From Epithemia pelagica (Eukaryota; Protista; Bacillariophyta): a DNA stretch of 64,000 nucleotides. The notes beneath the pieces were generated by a model. That model did no database searches and was not told the origin of the DNA. It saw nothing but the letters and a program-made list of their open reading frames with translations. The translations under genes and the position numbers were made by a program. Where the stretch lies: assembly GCA_946965045.2 (NCBI GenBank), contig OX337228.1:3100001-3164000 (forward strand), read 5' to 3'. How positions within the stretch are numbered: position 1 is the stretch's first letter; the number at the start of each line of letters is the position of its first letter. Positions 21,301-33,353 of this stretch are shown here, piece after piece.

Positions 21301-23077
21301 TGCCGCCGATATTAGAAGGACTCCATTTGAACAAGAAAATTATATTGCGTCGGCATGGTCAAGACCACAAAGTCTTCCGTTTTCTCGTGGTCCTCGATCT
21401 CTTAGAGTGCTTGGCCCACAGCCTCAAATGGTGATATCAAATTTGACAGAAGGCTCGACCGATGGCAAGGCATTAGAAGGGACAGTGAACAGAGTGCTTC
21501 TTCAGTTACAAGCTGGACCTGCCGAGCATTGTGTGGATATTAATTTCCGCGTTTCATGTTTCAGTGTCCTGATATCAAATGACGGTGTTACAAAGCGCCT
21601 AGTTGCAGAGAAAGATTTGAGTTCGGAGGCGGAAAACTCGGTTGACATGAAGAACCCAAAGTATCGAACACCTGTCCTGGTGTCCGAGAATGATTCGGTG
21701 GATGTAGTTGAGACAACAGACTATGGATATCCATTGCCCTCTGGTTGGAGTTTGGCAGATTCCGGACAGGGTTTCGAACGCAGGGTCAAAGACTTAAATG
21801 GAGGTTCTCGAAGTATTGTGCAACTGGATTTCTTCCGACCCTCTCCGACGATCCAGGCAGGAGAGGTTGAAGACATCAATGCAAGTCTTTGCAAGACAGA
21901 TTTCTACGTCACAGTCTGGTACAGGAAAGAAAAGCCGAGTAGCAGTGCGAGTGGGAAACGTCGATCTGTTGTTCGTGGCGGGCGTGGACCACAAAGACGA
22001 GGTGGTGGTGCGATGGGTAGAGGGCGAGGGCGAGAAGGGAGACGGGCGTCAGCCACCAGTACGGATGACACTTCGACGGAGCTATCCTCGGAGTTTTCCG
22101 CCGAAGACATGAAAGGGGCTCCAGATGATGTTTCGCTGGAATACAGCGGTACGATTGTCTGGTCAAGACCGCTTATGGCCAGTTTCAGTCCAGGTGTAAG
22201 CACTTCTCAACCAAGTGGTATGTCGCATCCAAACAATATTTCTGGCGATTCAGGTGAAGCAGGAACAGCTCCTGAAATGGTGACTGTTGATGGCGGTAAG
22301 ATGGCGGCGATTTGTACGCTGCACAATCAGAATACTTTGTGGGAACTCCGGACAGAACTGGTTGGGATAGATTTCAAAGAGAATGCTGCGGACGCACCGT
22401 TGAACGTGAAACTTTTGGAAAGTTTGCGCAGTGACACCAAAAATCAGCTATACAGGGCGTCCATGGAGGATCCATGTCGCATCTTGGCAGAAGGCTCCAA
22501 ATTCAAAGTGGCCTTCTCGGCAGACGTGGCCGTAAACCAGAATGCAGAGACTGATGACAACCGGTTTCGCGGGCCCCTCGGTGCGATCGAAGTGGACTGG
22601 ATGCCTTTCTCCCTCGACTTACCACCAGATGCCGTTGTCACCGACTCCTTGAGGTATTCCAAGATTCATGGACCATTACGACTGGAAAGGCCCTCATCCA
22701 TTCGGTTTCCTGGTCCATCGTGTGAAGTTCTAAAGGCCCCCTTTCATGCTCGCATGACCGTTGTTCCTACGGCACCGACTGTGGCGGTTCCCTTTCAAGT
22801 GAACTACTGTATTGAAAACTTGACATGCCTTCATCAGGCTTTGACACTTGACATGGCCGACCATGGTACCAATGACGATGGATTGTTGATTGCGGGTATG
22901 ATCAATGGTGTTCTTCAACTAGGACCCAAGGAGAAACAAACAATCTCATACACTGTTATGGCCACGTGTCCAGGCAACGTGCGTTTACCATCACTATCCA
23001 TTGCGTCCAACCGATATAGCACATGGGTCATCCACGAAAAAGCTGGCAATCAGTTCCCTCTCTACATTTTCCCATAA
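18320..23077 (+). CDS. TRAPPC11: Trafficking protein particle complex subunit 11 (Foie gras/Gryzun family)
   Basis: FPEDLL...FPLV start; GILPAGWLEK....PSV; KIGFFYEF; A..GW..L; C-terminal PTVAVPF..Y and LPSLSI; about 1590 aa open frame. Confidence 0.9.
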   Translation: MESFPEDLLVGVFPLVFAINATQPHNHADGETSRRSRFDKFLDVMVASLLDDGDASMESASTDGDRRRTVSLFRPDEDDYSSDEDELFEEPLTTRKRRSAAFGSGIYPAFGRRSVTRASTSSSQGSIVGATGAASSVGNSSSFAKALTMGQSFFERARIESYGTTHGFPPSKDPEGTKNLAHFVPEALQDRDVDRLRQLVHDHPLNGILPAGWLEKQVHALPSVILVICTVLATAEQQEAHDQHLFKTIEHLAFSLAPKRKCKIHIVGLMEDNVTDSQGEGWSRSVLSQVEASDESTEGRRNRNSNNNDDAIQVSLLRASVDLESIDAGLPPGPALKRLHDVVRESSLSYYLSEARRTKEKLGKIWGNNKRRFEAPPDQLLPLVIRCCVKIGFFYEFQLKYEKSLRFLNEAYRHTCRYYQYLQSNPQSPGDALDAAKALLEDESSTQFNAGNEGVEVEINTEVTSSQISAIWNAVVPSPPPDMIHQCRAVAEWLNLKLLSAGFSSHTESGFMAAISQWREHQHSFCRAGRMSVEIPEWFKWSFVTRQRLVFCQLVERHPLKSCTNLDTENDDLLAMCSPWRASLSVVEGMIRLARELDRVKESSLEEMSSDAGTDSLRDPFIGALDSAGLAPLLGKERKADYRGKALQLILKTIALYEGELRKEKRGFYAEDAFRESSSSRSGARIFYLAGGILLGMNRHEEALIHLEKATKYAKGWRELELAIRKMLIECYEKHTPSHSSILANESSQTLASMILDSYFNAEMSSQDLRRALGQFSMISGGGALKWYRESFNDEDPDLPFTFEVTFPENIFATIGDSVKAAILIKSNLDYAVHVNSVVLLSLAGDLPISPNDLMRATNASEGSDGGIIIQRNSEITIETELVLPKDLSIIAADESGNGGELQGVAGRGSFSKNARPRSAGLTSAGGARLLSANQLSRENKVSQGWSLRFLGGKPLKCDGVRVTFYPVQVGKVSGGGDQVPVIELTIEKKKPRTAADIRRTPFEQENYIASAWSRPQSLPFSRGPRSLRVLGPQPQMVISNLTEGSTDGKALEGTVNRVLLQLQAGPAEHCVDINFRVSCFSVLISNDGVTKRLVAEKDLSSEAENSVDMKNPKYRTPVLVSENDSVDVVETTDYGYPLPSGWSLADSGQGFERRVKDLNGGSRSIVQLDFFRPSPTIQAGEVEDINASLCKTDFYVTVWYRKEKPSSSASGKRRSVVRGGRGPQRRGGGAMGRGRGREGRRASATSTDDTSTELSSEFSAEDMKGAPDDVSLEYSGTIVWSRPLMASFSPGVSTSQPSGMSHPNNISGDSGEAGTAPEMVTVDGGKMAAICTLHNQNTLWELRTELVGIDFKENAADAPLNVKLLESLRSDTKNQLYRASMEDPCRILAEGSKFKVAFSADVAVNQNAETDDNRFRGPLGAIEVDWMPFSLDLPPDAVVTDSLRYSKIHGPLRLERPSSIRFPGPSCEVLKAPFHARMTVVPTAPTVAVPFQVNYCIENLTCLHQALTLDMADHGTNDDGLLIAGMINGVLQLGPKEKQTISYTVMATCPGNVRLPSLSIASNRYSTWVIHEKAGNQFPLYIFP

Positions 23078-23176
23078 AAGCCCACTCTCTCATAACATGT
23101 ATAGGACGACTGAAAGGTTTTTGAGCTATTATTTCAAGTGTTCAATATCTATTAAGTAGGTAATCTGGTTTGGTCC

Positions 23177-24949
23177 TCATCTCCGCCAGTCTCCCCGTGA
23201 TCGTTTGCGAGAGGAGTAATAGTCATCCCGTTCTCCTCCACCCCATGATGACGATCCACTGCCATAGTCACCCCCATAGTCGTCTCCAAAGTCATTGTTG
23301 TAATGTCGACCCCCACTTCCGCGCCCTCCCGCATGTCCTCGTCCAACTCCTCCTCTCCCTCCCCCTCTTCCACCTTGCCAATGCGGTCTTCGATACTCAT
23401 TGGTTGTGGTGTTGGTAGAAGAAGAAGTGCCACGGTAATGGCTGGATTCACCGGTATGATTATGATCGTAGGACATACCGCCACCAGTTTCATGAGCATT
23501 ATGATCGACGCTCCCCGCCATGTCTCCACCACCGCTGCCATAATAGTTGGTGCTTTTGTCCAGTGGAGTCGCACGATGTCCATAGTCGTCAGACGTATAC
23601 TGAGACTGCGATGCATAGTGTCCGTCGGTATTATTATTATTGTATGTCGATGTCGTGGAAAAGTTTCGAGTTTCGGCTGGTTCTCCAGTTTCCATTCCGG
23701 CATCGTGTCCGTAATACGAATTGTTGTTTTCCAAAGTTGTACTGTTCTGATTCATTGCTTGCTGTTCTTCTTGTTCTTGAATCAATTTGGCCAAGAGGGA
23801 TCCCGGTACAGCTCCCGCACCCCAGGCTCCACCGGCACCCACAGCTACCGAATCGTCCTGATTGGAAGAAGAAGTTTGCGATGTGGGTTCTTGTGTTGGC
23901 ACGGACGACGTTGCCAATGGACCATCCTTCTTTTGTTGTCGCAACAGTTCCGGTGAGGGAAGCGATGGACCCAAGGGCGTCGTGAATTCATTTGGATCAT
24001 CCACAGTTTCTTGATTTTCTGGTCCTTGTGGATCGTTGTGGTTGTTGTTGGAGGGGTTGGTGGAACTTGTTTCGGTTTCAATGCCACTGCCTGATTGGCT
24101 CTGTTTGTTGCTGTTGGCCGCGACGGCCACACGAGGTGCCTGGGAGGAGGGAGCTCGTGGAGCGACTGGTACAATCATGGGATCCGGTTGCCGTTTGGCC
24201 CGTGAGGCATCCGTGAGTTCTTGTCGAATGGTCAATTGTTGTTGTGCATATTCGAGCCATCCATCTTCTACGAGACCATAATTGAAAAAATCAGCGATAT
24301 CATTGGCTCGTTCCCATGGCTTGTCTTCCATTTGATCGAAACGAATGTCAAAGGCGGTTCGTTTACTAAACAAGGTGGGATCTCGTCCGGCATTTTCTTG
24401 CGACTCTTTCAAGCGTTCTTCTTCTTTTTCCTGTTGTTCCAGTCGTTGCTTTTCGGCTTGGAGTCGAGCCGCACGTTGGACCGGATCCAAGCGTTCCAAT
24501 TCTTCTTGTGTCATGGTATCTCCTTCTTGCCCTACGCCCATTGAGGTATTGGTGCCATCTGGATTATTTTCCCCAGGTCGTACCCATTGACGGTTGGGTT
24601 GAATCATGGCTGCCGGTGCCGTCAAGCCTCGACGCATTATACCCGATCGACTTCCAGCCAAGACAACTTCCACATCCTCTTCTTCATCTTCTGAGCCATC
24701 CGATACGTACGTATCTTCACGAATGATTTCTCCGGAATGTGATGAAATGGCATACTTGGACGACTTGGCTCCTCCCTCTTCTTCCTTACTGCTACTACTA
24801 GTGTTGTTATTGTTATTGATTTCCTCTGTCGTTTCTGATTTAATCACAGTTTTGCCACCAGAATCTTCCTCCTCTTCTGGAATGACAGTGCTTCCTGTCA
24901 CTTCCTCGACTCCTCCCTCCTCAACCTTGCGCTTCTTTTTGCGGCCCAT
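23177..24949 (-). CDS. FIP1: Pre-mRNA 3'-end processing factor Fip1
   Basis: Fip1 motif FDIRFDQMEDKPWERANDIADFFNYGLVEDGWLEY; acidic N-terminus; RG/RS-rich C-terminus. Confidence 0.92.
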   Translation of the reverse strand: MGRKKKRKVEEGGVEEVTGSTVIPEEEEDSGGKTVIKSETTEEINNNNNTSSSSKEEEGGAKSSKYAISSHSGEIIREDTYVSDGSEDEEEDVEVVLAGSRSGIMRRGLTAPAAMIQPNRQWVRPGENNPDGTNTSMGVGQEGDTMTQEELERLDPVQRAARLQAEKQRLEQQEKEEERLKESQENAGRDPTLFSKRTAFDIRFDQMEDKPWERANDIADFFNYGLVEDGWLEYAQQQLTIRQELTDASRAKRQPDPMIVPVAPRAPSSQAPRVAVAANSNKQSQSGSGIETETSSTNPSNNNHNDPQGPENQETVDDPNEFTTPLGPSLPSPELLRQQKKDGPLATSSVPTQEPTSQTSSSNQDDSVAVGAGGAWGAGAVPGSLLAKLIQEQEEQQAMNQNSTTLENNNSYYGHDAGMETGEPAETRNFSTTSTYNNNNTDGHYASQSQYTSDDYGHRATPLDKSTNYYGSGGGDMAGSVDHNAHETGGGMSYDHNHTGESSHYRGTSSSTNTTTNEYRRPHWQGGRGGGRGGVGRGHAGGRGSGGRHYNNDFGDDYGGDYGSGSSSWGGGERDDYYSSRKRSRGDWRR

Positions 24950-25230
24950 GGTGCTTTTTTCTTTTGTGGGTTGGATCTGATGCCGCCGGACACGACGACC
25001 ACTTTCGCGACTGAATATGACCGAAAGGCTTTTCCTTTAAAGCGACCAAAAGACGTTCCATTTGACCCCCACATCAACAGGACCAACTCAGAGAACACAA
25101 AATGGCTCCATCATCTCCGCTCTTCAATACAAAGGTATCATTACGAATATATGTGGACCAAGAGGCACGTTCCTAAATCATAAACCATACCCAAAGGCAC
25201 TGTACATTGAGGAGACATCCAAGCAGAAAG

Positions 25231-26208
25231 ATGACATCCAGAAGAATCTTTGTGGTGGTAGCAACCGTTGCCACACTTGGCGTGGTCTTTTGGCCAGCCG
25301 GTAGCAAAGGATTTGTCCATTCGGCATCGCCCAGCACTACCGACCGTCACACTAATCATAACAACAACAACAACAACAAAATGGGCTCGGAACGAGGGTT
25401 TGCTACTAGTACAGCAGGACAGCCGTACCAAACAGCACAAAAGACTCGAGAACATGCAAGACGACGACACAAATGGCCCAGATCGATGGTACAAACCGAA
25501 CCCGCTGCTGTTACGACCACCACGACACAGGAGGCCCTACAACACAAGAAAGACGACGACGACGAGGACGAAAATGATGACGATATGGCATGGCCGCTCC
25601 AAAATATGGTGGTCTTATCGAGCGAGATTCAGCTTCCATGTTCGGTGGAAGTGGCCTTTGATGCCTTTTCGGATTTGTCTCGACAACCGGAGTGGTCTCC
25701 CTGGCTTCGATCGGTCGAGTATACATCACCGACGGAAACCGTTTGGAAAATGCGACGGTTTTTAGGCTTGTCCTATTCCTGGACGGCCGTGTCTCGGACT
25801 GTCCGTCGTCCTCAATTGTTGGAATGGGAATCGACCAGGGGTGTGAAAAATTATGGCCGGGTGGAATTTCATCGTCATCCGCAACATCCCACCACGGAAT
25901 CCTCCATGACGGTACGATTGGCCTTTGTCGTACCACGGCTCGTCTCACGAGTCTTTGTTGGCGGCGGTGGTGGCAAAGGCGAAGAACCAGACCAACAACA
26001 GGGCCGTTTGGCCAAGTTTGTGCGAGTTCGAATGGTTCAGAAAAGTTTGCGACACTTTCGACAAGTTGTACTGGAACAACAACAACAACAAACCAATACG
26101 ACTACAAGCGCCACCACAACGTCACACACGGAGGGCTCTATTACGGACGAACAAGATGGAGCTTCGGGCCGCAAGACAGATCGAGAAGCACTCGTCAACC
26201 ATAGATAG
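25231..26208 (+). CDS. SRPBCC / polyketide cyclase-like protein with an N-terminal signal peptide
   Basis: AFDAFSDLSRQPEWSPWL.SV, SW.A and LLEWEST.GV.N.G.V.F; hydrophobic N-terminus ending in ...KG-F. Confidence 0.8.
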   Translation: MTSRRIFVVVATVATLGVVFWPAGSKGFVHSASPSTTDRHTNHNNNNNNKMGSERGFATSTAGQPYQTAQKTREHARRRHKWPRSMVQTEPAAVTTTTTQEALQHKKDDDDEDENDDDMAWPLQNMVVLSSEIQLPCSVEVAFDAFSDLSRQPEWSPWLRSVEYTSPTETVWKMRRFLGLSYSWTAVSRTVRRPQLLEWESTRGVKNYGRVEFHRHPQHPTTESSMTVRLAFVVPRLVSRVFVGGGGGKGEEPDQQQGRLAKFVRVRMVQKSLRHFRQVVLEQQQQQTNTTTSATTTSHTEGSITDEQDGASGRKTDREALVNHR

Positions 26209-26339
26209 CAATAGATATACCTTTTGCAGTGATCAGATTACATGGGATCTAATTCCTATAGAATCCGACAAGGATTGTTTGACTCGTATAGGCAACGCAG
26301 AATGCGCCTCGAACAGTCTTTTGCATGGAATCCACTCAT

Positions 26340-29300
26340 CTATCTATATGCAATGTCCAATGCCAGTGCGGAAAGTTGTGCCAGTCCATTCAACATGGTA
26401 AAGACGGCAGCAAAGATAAAATGAGGCGCATAAATATCCCATACCATGAGATGCCGTCTCAAGACGCTGACGGATATACACGACGATAGGGCTTCCACAA
26501 TTTGAAATACGCCATAAATTCTCCATACCGACGACTGTCCCTCTTGTCGTCGACTCATGAGCCACGCCAAGACAACACCAACCATTTCCCATCCAAAGGT
26601 ATTGAGAAACAAGGATATACCTCCAACTTGGTAGTTAAACTCCGAGGTCGCAATGAAGGCGGCAGAGAGCTGCAAACGATTGAATGCACAACCATGGTTG
26701 GTCCCAAAAAATGCTGTAGTGTTGGAGAGAAAAACAACCATCCAGTGAGAGCTTAGATACAATGGAGAGAAAACGGTAAATGCAAAATAGCTCAAGAAGC
26801 AATATCGACCACACCACACTCACCATGCCGGGTAATGAGCTTTAACAAGCAGGCCACAATCATGGAGCTTGGACGAATGGAAGCAAATTTCGGAAAGTGT
26901 GCACTGGCCGAGAGGAGATACACAATGACAACTTGAATCGTGTAAATGACAAACGAAGTGGCTGCAGCAGGTCCCGTCACAGTCATGATGGCGATCATGA
27001 CTTTGATCAAAATCGTCAAAACTTGCTTGTCTCCTCCTTGAAGCAGTACCTGGGAAGATGAGGCCTTTTCGGTTGTCTTTGGCCCCCCAAACGACCGAGT
27101 CACAGCGGATGCCATACCGAGTCCCAAGAGAGCCATGACAATGCGGGAATAGGTATAACCGGTTCGTTCCACATCTGGAGACCGCTTTTCCCACCAACTC
27201 AAGGCCAAAAAGAAGAGGGAGGACAAATCCGCGAGGAAATGAGACTGGGAGTCTACAATCTGTGTCTTGTAGACCAGCCAACGAAAGACTGACAAGAGCC
27301 ACAAACTGGTCAAGAATACAACCGAATGGTGGGCCGCATGAAGACGGATGGAAGGATCCATTCCATGTCCCGACACCAACAGCTCTCCCAGTCGTGACAG
27401 GATGGGTATGACCAATACCATTTTCCATGGCGTCGTCAGAGACGACAAAATTGTTTCACCAGACGAGCCTGAAGTATTTGCAGCAATCGAGGTTGTGCCG
27501 CGTATCCGCAATGCCAGCGCCATAGATAGGACGGCCAAACAATACATGATGCTGTTTTCTTCCTCCAGAATGTAACTGTTGCTAAACGTGAGCAAGCCAC
27601 ACAAAAACAACATGAAAATCGCCGCCAACACCATTTCCGAGATGTGTGATACTGGAATGTACAGAGATTTTGACATGCCTCTCAACAATTCGAGTATCAA
27701 GGGCAAGGCAAAGAGAATCAATCCAATTCCCAAGACACATATACCACCCGTCATACCAAATCCATCAAATCGTGTCCAAACCCGCTGTCCGAGTTCCAAT
27801 GCATTTTGGAGAAAACTTTTGAATAAAATGGCGGCCTGTACATAGTCATCGGAATCTTGTGCCTGACTTTCGTCCTGTGCGTCCACACTGACGGCGGCTT
27901 TGACAGCCTTTTGAAAAACCGATACCGCCATGTCCAGGTCTTGTTCCAAATCTCTCAGACCTGGCAATCGATTGGCTTGTTCGGAATAGACGGTAAAGTA
28001 CCTCCATACCTGCGCTGCATTCAACGCCAGTGCTGTGGCTGCTTGTTCGGCAGTGAAACCCGGCACCAACGACGGCGCAATACTTCCCAAATTGGCAAAG
28101 GGAATGGGCAACCCCAAAAGCATGGAGAGTGTCGGTACTAAATCAATTTGATGTACGGCCCCAAACACGGCATCCACCAATTCGGATTTCCGTTGCATTT
28201 CCAATTGGAGAGGGTAGGGATTTGATGGAGTACCATCTGCTTTGTCATTTTTGTCACTGGAAGTACGGTAACTCATGGCGGGGGCAGGACATCCACGCGA
28301 CAAGTGAACAAACAAGGCCGCGGCAATTTCTTCTTCGGTTCCCCCTCCATGATTCCCATCGGCTGTCATGCCGTGATCACCAAAAATAATGGCTGCATGG
28401 CAGGATTCATCGGACTCATCGAGTCGGTCCATGAGAAACTTGAGGTCCGTGTCCATTTGTCGCAACTTGGCATCCATGTATTGGTTGTGAGGTCCGTATG
28501 TGTGTCCGACGTGATCGACGCCCAAAAAGTGTACCACCATGAGTTCCAGTTCGTCCGGTCGGGGATGACCATGTTTTCGCAGTCTTTGTACGAGATCAGG
28601 AATGTGTTTTTCGCACCCATCATCGACGGTATTGAGGTCACGTGTATTGAAGGAGGGGTAGGGAAAGGCATCGGTGAATCCATTGGGATACAAGTCCATC
28701 CAGGTATCGTCTCCCACAAACCCTGCTTGTGCCGGAATACGAAGACCTCGTTTCATCCAGGGAATTTCTTTTAACATTCGAACCCAGGAATCTTCATCCA
28801 CCGAGGCCCCTCCTAGATTGGCTGAAATATCGGCAAAGGTTGGTAATCCACCCGTGGTCAAGGCCTTGAGGCGTTGCATGGTGACGGTGGGAGGATCCGC
28901 CACAAACTGCATCAAAGCAGACGAGTAGGATATGCTATCTCCACTTGTACCGTGACCTTGGTGTAAATGATGATCCAAGGAGGGTCCAATGGATTTCGGC
29001 AGACTGTAGAGTGCAAAATCAAAACGAAGGGCATCTACCACGACAATCGCCATGGAATCCACCTTACGGTCCATCCAACATCCCATCCGTTGAGTAATGG
29101 TGCCATTGTTACTTGCTGCTGGTGCGACAGGCGATGCCAAGGCACCGCGTTCTTGCAGTGCTCGACACAAGGACGGGTCCAAACCCAGTGTTTCCTTCAG
29201 CAACGGACATGCTTCATCGCAGGTGGATAATTGCGACAGACTTCGTTTCGCCAGAAAGAAGGATGCTGCGAACCAATACAGCCCTCCTAATACTAGAACC

Positions 29301-29353
29301 CAAGCAACGGCGTCCAGTGCCTTCCAATGACGACGATGCTGCGGTGACGCCAT
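26340..29353 (-). CDS. PIGO: GPI ethanolamine phosphate transferase 3 (PIG-O/GPI13); intron 26714-26823
   Basis: VVDALRFDF, ADPPTVTMQRLKALTTGGLPTF, HFLGVDHVGHTYGP, FGDHGMT.DGNHGG; spliced C-terminal TM region ending LRRHLMVWDIYAPHFIF. Confidence 0.93.
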
Positions 29354-29586
29354 GGTCAAAGTTTTGACTTTTGGCGACAAATAGCCTAAAGTTTCTCTCT
29401 ATGCGATTTGCAGGTTCCGTGTAGGTCAGTGGGGCCGCCGGGACTCCCCACCCCCCACTCCGTACCACGTACGTTGTGAATCTTGTGAATGTATTTCGAA
29501 ACATGAATATGACGTCACCATTGCACATCCCTCCATCACCATTCATCTGTAGCATCCAAATCTTTCCGAGAAAAGGTGTTTTCACC

Positions 29587-32497
29587 ATGGCGGACTTACC
29601 ACCCAATCTGTCGTCCGATGACGAAGAAGAGGAAGCTGCTATTACAGAAAAGACGACTAAGGATAAATCAAGAAAAGATCACGTGGTGGAAGAGGATGAC
29701 GAAAGCGATGATGGAATGGACACATCGTTCCAGTTTGGTGGAATTTTGGTACGTTTACAGAACAAATCTCGACCACCGTCGAAGTGCGTGAATTGGGAGT
29801 CGTCGTCGCAGTGTCATATGGCTGCGCGAATATCTCTTCGATCTTTTCTTTCCCCTTCCGCTTAGGTGGTCTCTGAATACTCTTTTCCGTTACGCAACTA
29901 CTGATTTTACGGCGTCGCTTATTTTCTTCTTTCTTCTGTATTGTAGGGCGAGGATGGTGGGGTAATACCATCCTTTGCGGACCACGCACAGTTAGGGGGA
30001 TGGTCGTATCGTACGGCCTTGGATCAAATTGAAAAGGAAAATGAAAGATCCGTTCCTCGAATGGATGTGGCCTCCTTGATTGCCGCCAAACGAAAGAGCT
30101 TACAAAAACATTCACCCAACGACAACCCAACGCAACAACAAGCAGAAGAAGAAGAACACAACGACGAGTCGGAACACAGTAGTGACAGCGATCATGACAG
30201 AAGCTCCGATTCAGATGAAGAAGAACAAAAGGATCAAACGCAAACAGAATTGGGACGAGACGTGCTCAAAACCCGAGCAGGGGAGGATGAGAGCGACGAC
30301 GACGACCAAGACAAAGAGGACAACGAAACAGATGATGATGATGACGACGACGACGAAAATATCAATGACAACCTCGACAAGCGAAGTGGAAATGGTGGCG
30401 ACACGAAAGATTCTGAGCGAGAAGAAGCTAGAGCAAAAGCATACTTTGATGAAGAGCCGACAGACCAAATTGATCAGATTGATGTATTTGCCCAACTCGC
30501 ACTATCGAGACCTTTATTGCGGGGTATTGCAGCCATGGGTTTTGTCAAACCAACTCCTATTCAAGCAGCCGTCATGCCACTCGCGTTGCAGGGTCGTGAT
30601 ATCTGTGCTTCGGCGGTTACAGGGTCTGGGAAAACCGCAGCCTTTTTGTTGCCCATCTTGGAGCGACTCTTGCATCGATATCTCGGACGGACCATGGCCA
30701 TTGTTTTGACACCCACCCGCGAGCTAGCGGCGCAATGTATCGGTATGCTCACAACTTTTTCGACGTTTACCAAGATTCGGGCTTCTCTCATTGTGGGGGG
30801 GACAAAGAATGTCAATGCTCAGGCAGCGGAACTACGGACACGACCGGAAATCATTGTCGCAACACCCGGACGTTTGCTTGATCATGTCACCAACTCGGCT
30901 GGCGTCACATTTGGTGATGTTGAATTTCTGGTGTTGGACGAAGCCGATCGACTTTTGGATTTGGGCTTCCAAGACGAGGTCCATGAACTGATCAAGTCTT
31001 GTCCTGTAAAGCGTCAAACGCTCTTGTTTTCTGCAACGATGAATACCAAAGTGGACGATCTGATCAAATTAAGTTTGAAACGGCCTGTTCGAGTACGCAT
31101 CACAGACAAAAACGTGAATAAGGACATTGAAGTGGCGCCTCGATTGGAACAGGAGTTTATCCGTATTCGTCCCGCGAATGAGGGGATCAACAGGGAAGCC
31201 ATGTTACTGGCAATTCTAACCAGAACCTTTACGAAACAAGTGATTGTCTTCTTTGATATGAAAACGACGGCTCATCGATTAATGATTCTTTGTGGGTTAC
31301 TTGGTATCAAGTGCACTGAGCTGCATGGGAATCTCACTCAACAACAGCGGCTTACCGCGTTAGAGGACTTTCGAGCAGGTAATGTGGAGGTACTCTTAGC
31401 GACTGATTTGGCCGCACGAGGTAGGTGCATATTCAGGACCCCAGCAGTGCGTGGTGGACGTTTCATGATTCTCACAATGTCTTTTCTGTTTTGTTGGGTC
31501 AGGTTTGGATATCGACAGAGTCGAATCAGTCATCAATTTTGAAATGCCATCTCAAATTGAAACATATGTTCATCGAATCGGTAGAACTGCTCGAGCGGGA
31601 CGAGGTGGACGCAGTTGTACCTTGATAAGTGAAGGACGGAGACATTTGATGAAGGATTTGATCAAAGATGCCGAGTCCAAAATAAAAAACAAAAAACAGG
31701 GTAGCGACACTGCTAGGTTTAAATCTGGAGTGATTCGATCGCGCACCATCCCACCAGCAGTTGTTTCTCACTTTGTTGCAAAAATTGAGGCTCTGCAGCC
31801 TCATATCGAGGAAGTTCAAGAAGCAGAAGCGGTCGCCAAAATGGACCGTTTGGCGGAAATGGAGGCGACGAGAGCCCAAAATATAATTGAACACGCCAGT
31901 GAAATTAATAAAAGACCAAAGAAAGAATGGTTTGCATCCAACAAACAGAAACAAAGCTCCAAAATGGCGGCAGCCGAAAAACAAAAGATGATTGAAGAAA
32001 AGGTAGGGACGGGTGTCCATCGAATGACCAGAAAGAAGCGACGTGCACGAGAAGCTCTACAAGCACTGAATGCTGCAGCCGAAGAGGATGACGATAATGA
32101 CGGTGGTCTCAACGACAAAGAGAAGTCCAAGAAAAACTCGGTGAATGTCAAATCTTCGGCTCGTGCTCAAAAACGGTTGAAAGAATCTAAAGAACATGAA
32201 CAGTACGAATTATCTGTTCATGATCGAGATGTCGCGAAAAAGCAGAAAGAACAACAGCAAAAGCGCAAAAGAAAAGGCAAAGTCGGAATGGATGCGGCGG
32301 GTGATTCCAGCTTGTTTGATGAAGAGAAAGTGTCGTTTGCGAGCAAGAAAACTTCCCGAACATCCGATTTAGAGTCGGCAAGATCATCTGTGGCACAAAG
32401 CAGTTACAGCTTTCGTGGCTATGATCCTAACAAGATCCTTGGGAAAAAGAAAGGACCGAAGGCATTCAAGTCAAAATCAAAGTACAAGAGGAGGTAG
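29587..32497 (+). CDS. DDX27: DEAD-box RNA helicase DDX27/DRS1; introns 29749-29946 and 31421-31502
   Basis: Q motif PTPIQ, GSGKTAAF, PTRELA, TPGRLLDH, DEAD, SAT, LAARG|LDI, YVHRIGRTARAGR; Lys-rich tail FKSKSKYKRR. Confidence 0.93.
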
Positions 32498-32560
32498 ACG
32501 TAGATATAAAAATATCGTTCTATAAACCTCGAGGACTATAATTCTGCGGATATCAGATGA

Positions 32561-33001
32561 TCATACCATAATTCCCTTGTGAACGAGGAATGGGTTGTTA
32601 TTATAGTCCGTGGACATATGGGAACGCTCAAACACGGCGCCGTCGGTTGCGTGAAGAGGGAGAGATACATCGACCTCGACGGACACATCACGGAGATTGA
32701 GAGAGCCTGCTTCGTCTAGCAAAGACATCGAAATGTCGGACGACTTCATCAACTTGCTGGTCGTCTTTTTCCCTGCAAGTGACATGCTTGCGATGCCTCC
32801 CGTGGAAGTCCCATCAGAGTGAGTGCCAGACTTCCGGTCCGCTTTCGAGGAATCCCACTGACTTTCCATTGCGTACAAGAAGTCTTCAGAGGCGGCCATT
32901 TGGTCGTACGAGAACGGATTGTCAGGGCCAAGAGGTGGCGGAGAGAACTTGGAGGGCGAATTTGCTGCATCTTCAATGGTAGACAGAGTTGCGGTCGTCA
33001 T
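32561..33001 (-). CDS. Hypothetical protein, 146 aa
   Basis: ATG ORF filling a gap between genes; Ser/Asp-rich; no recognised motif. Confidence 0.5.
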   Translation of the reverse strand: MTTATLSTIEDAANSPSKFSPPPLGPDNPFSYDQMAASEDFLYAMESQWDSSKADRKSGTHSDGTSTGGIASMSLAGKKTTSKLMKSSDISMSLLDEAGSLNLRDVSVEVDVSLPLHATDGAVFERSHMSTDYNNNPFLVHKGIMV

Positions 33002-33353
33002 GGCAGGAAGGTAGAGCGAGGAAAAACAAAAGCAATTGTACTCGTAATTACAATTTATGAGCCGTATGAGCCCATATGCACATCCTGCGTGACTTTCTGA
33101 AATCCATCTTATCCCGTCCCGTCGAAAACCATTCGCCGAAAACGAAACCTATTTACAAGGATCAGAGGCAAACAGAATGGAAACGACGGTTTTGTTTTCT
33201 TGTTTTGAACCGGTGGAGGTGCATTCCACCTGGTAAGTTTCACCACGTCTGCCAATCGTTTGGTAGATTACCCGATCAGACACAGGCCCAACCTCTCCTC
33301 TGCATCCTCACAAATATTGGAACTCGAACATTTCCATAACAGAAAGCTCTTGT

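Noticed and set aside
23152-24980. Long antisense and alternate-frame ORFs over FIP1 (and similar ones over PIG-O, TRAPPC11, gag-pol and EIPR1)
   Set aside because: Shadows of real coding sequence caused by codon bias and low-complexity repeats.
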